This document shows positions 45,263 to 53,738 of a stretch of DNA of 53,738 nt, one piece after another. The position numbers and the translations under genes are program-made. The notes under the pieces were generated by a model that was not told where the DNA came from, made no database searches, and saw only the letters and a program-made list of their open reading frames with translations. Position 1 is the first letter of the stretch. Each line of letters starts with the position of its first letter. The stretch comes from Prasinococcaceae sp. CCMP 1430 (Eukaryota > Plantae > Prasinodermophyta). The DNA is taken from contig RQSC01000004.1 in the NCBI GenBank assembly GCA_013416795.1, positions 433,918-487,655 of the forward strand. The letters run 5' to 3'.

Positions 45263-46061
45263 GCCGCTCGCGCTCGCACCGCGGGGAGGGGGAAGCTCGC
45301 GGCGCGGCGCGGCGCGCGCGGCCTGTGGCCGCCGTTGCCTCCCCCAAGCCCAGCGCAGCCCATCCCCCTCCCTCTCCCCCCCTTGCCCTCCGCACGGCCT
45401 GACCTCCTCTCCATTGCAAGCCATGAGCCCGCCCTAAGCGCTCCACCGCAAAACCGTACGTCAAATCGAATGCGCCACAGGGTTAACGTACGTACGTATT
45501 GTACCCACTCTGTCCCGTAAAAAAACTAACTACGTCAAAATGCAAGGGAAGAGTTGGCCGTTTTTGATCGTAGACCCTTTTCTAGCTTTAATTCGATTTG
45601 ATTAGGATGACTTCGGGTTTAGGCGCTCCTGTCCCGCCGCCGCGAGCGTCGCAAGATACGAAACAGAGGCGCGCCGCCCCATCAAAACGCACAGCGCGCG
45701 TCGCAGCGCCCGCGGTTTCGAATCGCGGCCGCGGACTCTAGCAGCCACGGCGCGCGCGTGCGGCGGCGCGTGCGGCAGCGATGGAGCGGCTGGGGGGCGC
45801 GCTAGTGGCGGTGGGGCGCCGCATCCGCTCCATCTGCGCCGCCGCCGCTGAGGCGGGTGCCTCAACCCTTCGCACGCCCTCGGCCGGCCGCCTCTGCTCT
45901 ACTGTACCATCCAGATGGTACCTAACCGTCTCCAAACCTCAACCGCCCTCCCTGCGACATGGCTGGGTACTCGACAAAATTGTTACGTGCGCATTGATTC
46001 ACGTGCGAGTGCGAGGGCGCCACGTGCGAGCCGGGCACGGCCCCGCCTCTGCGAGCGTCTC

Positions 46062-49000
46062 TCAGCGATGGAAGCCTGCAACCTGCCATTTCACGGCGCA
46101 GTGGAAGAGCGCGTTCAACACGGCGTGTGTTGAGCCGACCTCCTCTTGCTCCTCGCGCACTGCTTGAAGGCCGCGCTGGGCCACCAGCCGACATACGGCG
46201 GCCTCCACGGCGTACGGTGCGCGCTGCGCGTGCGCGTGGGTTGCGTCCTTCGCATGTGCCCCGGACCCATCGGGCGCGCATGCTGCTAGCAGCTGCCCCG
46301 CGGCAGTGAGTGTCTCGCGCGTCCACCCGAGCTCCGAGTAAATGGCCAGTAGGCGCATCCACGCGGTGGCTGAGAAGCCCTCATGCACTGCCGCGCGATA
46401 GGAGCGCTCCGCGTCCTCCAGCCTGGACGCACGCGCGCATAAGCGAGGTCAGCTAGACAGCGAAGCGATTTCACGCAGCCGGCGCGCGTGTGAACAGAAA
46501 CGCACTCAAGTGTGCACGCACCTCCCAAGTCGCTCGCAAAGCTCCCCTCGTCGCGCCCAGTCATGCGAGTCGAAATGCGACGAGAACAATAGCGCCTGGT
46601 GGTATTCCGCCTCGTGCTCGGGCGCGTCGCCCACAGGGCCGCGCTCGGCGCGCGCTTCGGCTGCCCGCCAATCCATGTACACGCGCAAGTCCTGATAGAG
46701 CGCATGCACCAACGTGTCCAGCCATTCAGCACATTCTGCCTTGCCGCTCGACAGCGCGGCGGCAGTCGCCGCTGCCCGCCGCCGCTCGCGTCGTTCACGC
46801 AAGTTCCGCGAGGCTCGCCCGCGCCGTCGTCGCTGTTGACTTCCGTGCTGCTCCCGCTGCTGCTGCTGCTGCTGCTCTTGGCGCTGCTCTTGGTGGTGGT
46901 GCTGCTGCTGCGCATAAGCTGGGTCTGACTGCTGCTGTGACTCGAAGGACTGCGCCAGATTCGCCACTGGCTTTGGGGCGGCGTCAGGGTCATCACGTCC
47001 GCCTTCTTCCAATTCGATAGCCTGCATCGAAGCCGCCAGACTCGCCTCTTGGCGACGCTTGTCTGAGTCCGATCTGCCGACCTGTGGCGGCGACTCTTCA
47101 GCGTCAGGAGTGGCTTCGCGTGCGAACCTAGAGAGCCCAGCTGGAGCTCCCGCTGGCCAGATTTTGTTGCTGTCGCTGCCGCGTGCTAGTGCGGGCGGTG
47201 GCGTCTGCGCGTTTGTGCCAATGTCTGTGAATGATCCCGACGACGATGCTGTTGTGAACGACTCTTCCCTGATGTCTGGAATAGGCAGCACGTTTGGCAC
47301 AGGAGCTGGGTCTGACAGCTGCTGCGCCTCAAAACGGTGTGCTAGATTTGCCAATGCCTGTGGCGCGTCGTCAGGGTCGCGACATTCGCCTTCCTCCCCG
47401 CTGCGGTCGCTTCGTTGTAGTGGGGATTGCGGCGGAGACGGCGGCGGAGTCAGCGGCGGCCGTTGCTCGAGTGGTGACGAGGGTGCCGTTGAGATCACAA
47501 CGTGCGGTGACCCCGGCGCTGTGCCCGCTGATGTAAATGACGACATACACGACACCGACTCCAGCAGTGCCGTATGTGGGCTGATTGGCGATCCCGGCGC
47601 TGTGCCCGCTGACGTAAACGACGACATGCGCGACACCGACTTCAGCAGTGCCGTATGTGGGCTGATCGGCGATCCCGGCGCTGTGCCCGCTGACGTAAAC
47701 GACGACATGCGCGACACCGACTTCAGCAGTGCCGTATGTGGGCTGATCGGCGATCCCGGCGCTGTGCACGTTGTTGACGTAAACGACGACATGCGCGACA
47801 CCGCCTCCGGCAGAGCCGTGTGCGGGCGGATGGGCACGTCTGGTGACCCTGGTGGCGTGGCCAGTGACAGCGAGCGGGGCAATTTCGGCGGCGGCGACAT
47901 GGGAACCTGCGGCACCTGCAAGCAGTCTTCGCCGGCATCGGTGATCTCGTCGCCGCTACTGGGTGTGAAGTCATGGTCGCTGTTCGATCTCGAGTGCGAA
48001 TCAGCGGAGGTCCCCTCATCGGTCTCAGACGGCCCTCGACCTGCGGGCCCACTCGAAGCATAGTCGCCTGAATCGCTGCTGTCGTCGTCGCCACCGTCGC
48101 CACCGGTCGCATCAGCGGCATCCAGCCGATCTAACTCGCGGTCGGAGAGCTCGACCACGAAGGTCTCGGAGCGCTCGGTAAGAAACCCATCCCAACCAAG
48201 CGACTCGACCATATCGGCGAGAAGAGAGTAGGCTTCAGAAAGCGGCGTAGAAAGCACGGTCGAATCGGGCGGTGCCCGCACGAGGCTCGCGGCCGGCAAT
48301 CGCACGAGCTCCTCATCACGACCGGCACTGAGGCGCTCTTCCTCGGCGTGCATGTGCATGGCGGCGTCTACATCGGGGGCGTAGCCAAAGGCAGTGCCTG
48401 TAGCGTGCGATGGTGGCGGCGGCAGCACGGCGTGGCCGTACGCACTACGCTCGTCGCCAGTCATCGCCGCCGGGGGACAGGCATTCATCGCAGAGAGCGC
48501 GCCGCGCACGTCGCCAGCACCTAGTCGCGCGCGTGCGAGCGCCAAACGCGCGCGGGCAAGCACTGCGCCGCCTGCGCCAGACGCTGCCAGGGTATCACGC
48601 GCCGCAGCCACTGCTGCCTCGGCAGCAACCACCGCTCTCTCGGATTCGGTGGCGCCCGCCGCTCCCAGGACCGCCGATAGCTCGATGAGCGAGAGCGGAT
48701 CAGATGGCGCGCGCTCCTTCGCCATGCGCAGGCTCACAGCAGCGGCTGCGTCCCTACCGGTCGTGCGTTCGAAGCCCCACGCATACGCCCACGCCGCGTC
48801 AACTCCTGTCGCACGCTCGTCGCCCTCTGCGAGCGCGCGGAACCACTCGACGCCGCGCGCGAGCAGCTGACGGCAGCTCAGCTGTTGCCGCACAGACGCG
48901 AGGAGATCACCCAGGAGCGCTCGCGCGCCTGCACTGTCGGCGCCTCCCGCCCGTGACCGCGCGTCCGCACTGCGCGCAGCCTCCGCGGCGAGCGCGAGGA

Positions 49001-49592
49001 AGTCGGCCTCCTGCGCGGGCGTCGCCTGCGGCTCAAAACGTTGCAGGCAGCCTGCGCGGAGGGCCTCGCCGGGCGCGGCGGCCGCGCGCAGCCATGCGCT
49101 CAGGCGCGCAGTCTCCCACTCTGCCTCGTCAGGCTCGCGCTCATCGATGGTGCCATCGGGTCCCACCGTGTAGCACACACAGCCACCCGGCATGTTGACC
49201 TCCACGCGCACGTCCACCCCCCGCACGACATCGTAGCAGCAGTAGAGCGCATTGGTCACGCGCCAGTCATGTACTGCGAGCAGGTTCGTGAGCGAGTGGT
49301 GCTCCAATGAGCTTGCGAGACGCGCCACGTACGCAGCCACTGCGCCGCCGCCCCCCTCGAGCGGCAGCCCCACCACCCAATGGTAGGCGGTCTGCTGCAG
49401 CGGCGGCTGGAGGCGCATCGGCGCGTCGCCGCGCTTGCGCAGCCAGCAGAGGTCCGGCGGGCCGAGCGCGCCTGCTGACACATGCACACGCCCCGCCGCT
49501 GTTCCTACCGCGACGTGGTCCCGCAGCGCGGCGACGCACGTCACGCGCTCGTGTGAGTCGCACACAGCTGGCAGCTCTTCGCACGCGGCCAT
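46062..49592 (-). CDS. ChAPs-family (Chs5-Arf1-binding, Bch1/Bud7-like exomer cargo adaptor) homologue. Exons about 49592-46522 and 46422-46062
   Basis: LGPPDLCWLRK, YHWVVGLP..AVAAYVARL, WRVTNALYCCYDVVRGVDVRVEVNMPGGCVCY, AYSLLADMVESLGWDGFLTERSETFV, KAECAEWLDTLVHALYQDLRVY, DWARRGELCERLGR|LEDAERSY, FSATAWMRLLAIY follow the motif order I recall for fungal Bch1/Bud7. Confidence 0.8.
47509..47850 (-). repeat. 81-bp coding tandem repeat, about 4 copies (27 aa, TAPGSPISPHTALLKSVSRMSSFTSAG)
   Basis: ga(t/c)cccggcgct recurs at 47509, 47590, 47671 and 47752; the central copies are nearly identical. Confidence 0.95.
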
Positions 49593-49648
49593 GAGCTCGT
49601 CCGCGCCGCGTGCCGCTGCTGCAACCCAGTCGCGCCCGCCGAGGGGTN

Positions 49649-51096
49649 GCCGCGAGCGGCGACGGCGCGCCCGCGCCGCCGCTGGCCATCGCGCAGCCCC
49701 CGCGCCATGCGGCCGCCTCGGGGCCGCCGGCGCCGTCCGAAAGCACGATGTTGAGCTCAAACCTGTCAGGCACCATTGGTCGCAGCTCCGCCTTGAGCCT
49801 GTCAATGAAACCCGGCATATTCGCACAGCCGCCGGTGACAACGACGGCGCCATACAACAACTCCTGCACGTCAGGGTGGCACGCCTGCGCCGCCTGCACA
49901 ATCGCATCGGCGATGCCCGCCTGCGGCGCGCCCAGGTCCGACGGGCGGAAGAGAATTTCCGGCACTGGTGCGTCCACCAACGCGCGAGTCAGCGCGAGGT
50001 CACTCGAGCACACGCATCTGCTGTAGCGCCGGCGAAATTGAGGGATGGCACGCGACAGCGCGGCGCACTACACCGCTCGCTGGCGCTGTGCCGCCGCAAG
50101 AGCACGCGCAGATACCCACACGCCTCACCACGCACCTGCGAACCTCTCGTTGTTCAGCACAAGCGATTGCTCCTCGTACGCCTTCTTCCCACCCGCGCCA
50201 CCGCCCCTCGCAGGCTCAGCGCCCCCGCCGGCCAGCGTCGCCGCCTTGAGCGCCGCGGCCGCGTCCTCCTCACTTAGCCCGGCGAGCGCCGCGTCCACTT
50301 TCTTCCTCTGCGCAACGGTCTCAGAGGGCTTGACGAATCCGCGCGAGACGTGCACGCCATCCGGCAGCACATATGTCGCGCGGTACGGGCTGAGACGGCC
50401 GCCGGGGCCCTTCTTCGACAGCAGCAGGTCCTCACGCACGTCGGCGCTCACGAAGCAGAGCTTCTCCTTCACGTCATCGATAATGTAGTATTCGTCCATC
50501 ATGTTGACGGCGCGATAGGAGACGAGCTCTTTGAGGTAGTTCGTCATCGTTTTGCCGCCAACGTTTGCTCGACGCACCGCCGCGCGCACGATGCGGTCGC
50601 CGAAGACCGGGACAGCGTGCGTCGCCGAGAAGCCCGCATCGACCACAAGCGAGCAGCGCGTCTCGGCAGCAGTGTGCGGAGGCGTATGCCCCGCGGCGGC
50701 AGCGACAGCGCCCTGGCGGACTGCCCCGTAGTGCGCCATGAGCGCGGCAGGCACGGCCGCGACTGCGGCGAAGCCGAACGTCTTCATGGCGAGCTCTGCG
50801 AGCGACGCCTGGCACGCCGGCAGGTCCAGCACAGGCTCGCTCACGAGCAGCGTCGCCGCGCCCACGTCAACTTTGGTGAGCGCGCCATCCTTGCGCTTCG
50901 CGCCACCCGCGGGCGCATCCCCTGCGGGCAGCAGCAGCGCTCTCTCCCACAGCTGTCGGAGCATCTCCCAGTTGGTGACGATCCCCCCCTCGTGCGCGCG
51001 GCGCAGCACCAGCTGCGAGACGTCGGCGCAGGCGCTCAGCTGGTCGCCCACGAACGGCTTGCGCTCGCCCTTGGCCTTGGCGACCACGGCGGGCAT
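49649..51096 (-). CDS. ARP6: Actin-related protein 6 (SWR1 complex). Exons about 51096-50136 and 49964-49649; 3' end cut at the N at 49648; first beta-strand/start unclear
   Basis: LVLRRAHEGGIVTNWE, LLVSEP, LVVDAGFSATHAVPVF, NVGGKTMTNYLKELVSYRAVNMMDE, VKEKLCFVS, YVLPDG, LVLNNERFA|VPEILFRPSDLG, TGGCANMPGF, AAWRGG. Confidence 0.92.
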
Positions 51097-51182
51097 CGCG
51101 CGCGGCGCGGCGCCCGCGGCGCCCGCGGACGCCCTCCGCCCTCGCGCGCCACAGCGGCGCGGCGCGCGCGGTGCGCCGGGCG

Positions 51183-52211
51183 ATGGCTGACGCCCGCGTG
51201 CGCGAGAGCGATGCCGGCGCCGGCGCCGACGGCTGTGCTGGCGTGAACTACCACTCCCAGCGTGACTTCGAGTGGGCGGCCGCGTACGAGCGCGTGGTCG
51301 CCAGCTATCGTCAGGGGCTCGCGGACGCGTTCGCCGCAGGGAGGCGGCTGCCGAAGTCGCTCGCGGTGCCGCTGGAGGGCGACGGGGATGCGCGCGCCGC
51401 CGATGCGCCGGTGGAGCACATGGCCGCGCAGGCCGGGCTGTGGGACGCCTTCTACGTCCGACAGGGCACTGGCCGGGCATACAAGGAGCGCCGCTATCTC
51501 CTCGAGTGCTTCGAGCCACTCAAGCGCGCGCGCGCTGTCCTCGAGCTAGGATGCGGCCATGGCAGTGCGGCGCTCCCAATTTTGCGCCACAACGCCGCCG
51601 CAGCCGTGCGTGGCGTGGACCTGAGCGCGCAAGCGGTGTCGCAAGCCAACGACGAGATGACCAAGGAGGGCTTCCCAGCCGAGCGATTCGCTGCGTCGGT
51701 GGGCGACGTCAGCGATGTCGCGTGGCGGCCGCCGCCGCCGCCCGGCTCAGAAAGCTGCGAGGGCGCCGCGAATGCGGGTGCTAGCGACGGCGCCTACGAT
51801 TGCGTGCTGCTGGTCTTCACGCTGAACGCTGTGCCACCAGACAGGGCCGCCGCAGTGTTTGCCAACGCGTACCGCGCGCTGGCTCCGGGCGGCGCGCTGC
51901 TCTTCCGCGACTACGGTCTGGGCGATGTCAGACACGTGCGCTGCTTGAAGGCGGTCGTGCAGGACCGCGGCAACGACGTCGGCGGCGAGAGGGGCTTCGG
52001 CGAGGTGCCGACGTGTTTCGTCAAGCACGACGGGACGCACACGCGCTTCTTCAGCCTGGAGGGCGTCGCAGCAATGGCGGCGGAGGCCGGCTTCCTGGCG
52101 GCCGGCGACGAGTTCCGCTACGGCTGCGTGCACAACGTCAATAGGAAGACGGGAATAGAGTGGGATAGGATAAACATCACTGCCATCTGGCGGAAGCCCG
52201 GCGAGCCGTGA
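51183..52211 (+). CDS. METTL6: tRNA N3-methylcytidine methyltransferase (METTL2/6, Trm140-like)
   Basis: WDAFY..YKERRYL, VLELGCGHGS, VDLSAQAV, LLVFTLNAVPP, LAPGGALLFRDYGLGD, DGTHTRFFSLE, NRKTG...R; N-terminal YHSQRDFEW recalls the plant clade. Confidence 0.82.
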   Translation: MADARVRESDAGAGADGCAGVNYHSQRDFEWAAAYERVVASYRQGLADAFAAGRRLPKSLAVPLEGDGDARAADAPVEHMAAQAGLWDAFYVRQGTGRAYKERRYLLECFEPLKRARAVLELGCGHGSAALPILRHNAAAAVRGVDLSAQAVSQANDEMTKEGFPAERFAASVGDVSDVAWRPPPPPGSESCEGAANAGASDGAYDCVLLVFTLNAVPPDRAAAVFANAYRALAPGGALLFRDYGLGDVRHVRCLKAVVQDRGNDVGGERGFGEVPTCFVKHDGTHTRFFSLEGVAAMAAEAGFLAAGDEFRYGCVHNVNRKTGIEWDRINITAIWRKPGEP

Positions 52212-52303
52212 GGCGCCGCGCGGCGGCGGCGAGTGCGGACAAGCGCGCGCGCGGGGAGGCGAGTAATGAGTAGCTTAGTACCCTCCGCCCGCACACCGGC
52301 GCG

Positions 52304-53330
52304 TCACCGCTCGCCGCCTTCCCCCCGCCCCGCCCTGCGCACCAGCTTGTCCCAGATGCCGCCGCCTTTCTGCTGGGCGTCCTCGGCCTCCGAGTCGAAG
52401 CCGAAGTACGTGTACCCGCCGCCGCTGATCTCAGCGTCTTCGTCGGAGCCGTCGGAGCCGCCGCCACCTGCGGGTGAGCTCATCGCCCGCCGGATGAAGC
52501 TCTCGCGCTCCTCCGCGGTGGGCGCCACGGCCTCGATGTTCTCGAGCGCTGTGAGGACGCGCTCCTCGGCCTCCTCCGCCCTCGCCATGGCCTCGTACAC
52601 CTCGTTTGAGAGCTCCAGGATGCGCGTGGCGCCCTCCGGCCCCTGTTGTATGGCCGAGTTTGCGGCGAGCCCCACGACGCTCTCGAGCTCCTGCCGCTGC
52701 TCCTCGGTGAGCCCTGTGAGCGTAGGACGCGCGCGGCGCGCGCCGTCGGCCTGCGGCGCTTCCTCGTCGTCGCTGCTGCTCGACGATGCGGCCTCCTCGG
52801 CGCCGCTCCCCAGCAGATCCTTCGTGTAGGGCTGCATGCGCGCGAACCACTCCGTCGCGGCGTCCTCGCGCGCCGCGCGCTGCGACGTGACGAGCTCCGC
52901 CACTGCGCCGAGGTCCTTGGCCAGCGTCTCGGTGGTGCGCCCCACCTCGCCCGCCAGCGTGGTGATGTCGCTGCCTAACCGCGCGACGGCATCGAGCGTC
53001 GAGTCCGTCGCGCCCACGACCGCGTCGCTCGCCCCAGCCACGGGTCCGACGACGCTGTCGGCGACGGCCGCGACCAGGTTGCTCACCCTGCCCACGCTCT
53101 CTGCCACCGGCGGCAGGTCGGACTGGAAGAGCTTGGACGCCGCTTCGACCTCGGCCGCGGCGGACTCCATCTCCACGGCGGTTTGCTGCATTTGCACGGA
53201 GGCCGCCTCCATTTCCGCGGCGGCGGCCTCGACCGCCACCGCGGCGCGGTCCATCGAGCGCAGCGCCGGCGCTGCCGCGTGCAGGGCGGCGAACGCGGCG
53301 ACGCTCGCGATGTCGGAGTTGTGCCCACTC
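52304..53330 (-). CDS. Hypothetical Ala-rich coiled-coil protein, possibly related to the plant/cyanobacterial DUF948-like plastid family; 5' end unresolved
   Basis: Strong coding bias; VAAFAALHAAAPALRSMDRAAVAVE...DLPPVAESV loosely resembles AAIPTLxAMxRAA..ELPxT motifs. Confidence 0.5.
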
Positions 53331-53738
53331 CAGCTCCTCAGCCCTGCAGCTCGACGCGCCGCTGCAGGCGGTGGCAGCCATGGCGCACGCGACCCCGCCG
53401 CTCGCCCGGGGCGCGCTCCTCGCCGCAAGCCCCTCGAGGCTCCTCCCTCGCCGCTCGCCCGCCCGCCCGCCTGCTCACGCGGCCACCCGCCCGAGAAAGA
53501 GAGGGAGGGGGGGGCGGCGCGCGCGCACCCAACAGACGCGCGCGCGCGCGCGCGGAGAGCGAGCGAACGGGAGAGAGAGGGAGCACAGACACGCTCACTC
53601 ACTCGCGGACCCGCCCTAACGTCACCCCACCGGGTGAACGAGCACGGGAGGGGGAGGCGGAGGCGGCGGGAGAGGGGGGGTGCTCCCTCTCTGCCGCGCG
53701 GCCAGCGGCCCGGCCGCGCGTCGCGCGCGTGTGGCGCC

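Overview
Eukaryotic nuclear DNA from a very GC-rich, gene-dense green alga (prasinophyte-grade by inference). The evidence is an intron-containing nuclear psaD, plastid Hsp70, a TIC236 fragment, GT(GC)-AG introns with CTGAC-type branch points, and UGUAA poly(A) signals. The species cannot be fixed from sequence alone. About 22 protein-coding genes or fragments are recognisable, left to right: WDR17, UFM1, TOM22/TOM9, PsaD, PRP16/DHX38, plastid HSP70, an NAD(P)-binding protein, BBS4, a TIC236 fragment, a MYST acetyltransferase, an ABCD transporter, SUA5, an LSM14/DCP5 fragment, a MORN protein, an EF-hand/TM/PAN protein, a fibrillin-domain protein, PIG-M, PurN, DAW1/ODA16, a ZC3H11-like protein, a ChAPs/exomer-adaptor homologue, ARP6, a METTL6-like methyltransferase, plus several hypothetical genes. 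I found no rRNA, tRNA, CRISPR array, transposase or reverse transcriptase. The assembly is a draft: there are N gaps, single Ns that sit exactly at gene truncations, and at least one clear 1-nt indel, so every 'broken gene' observation may be an artefact. I see no clearly new multi-gene system. The best leads are (i) a type II membrane protein with cytosolic EF-hands, a cluster of RRxL-type processing motifs and extracellular PAN/apple-like repeats; (ii) a ChAPs (exomer cargo adaptor) homologue carrying an 81-bp tandem repeat; (iii) an in-frame TAA in an otherwise intact ciliary WDR17 gene; (iv) an orphan TIC236 fragment in frame with BBS4; and (v) an AT-rich 130-bp-period duplication upstream of psaD. 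All protein family calls come from remembered motifs, not database searches.
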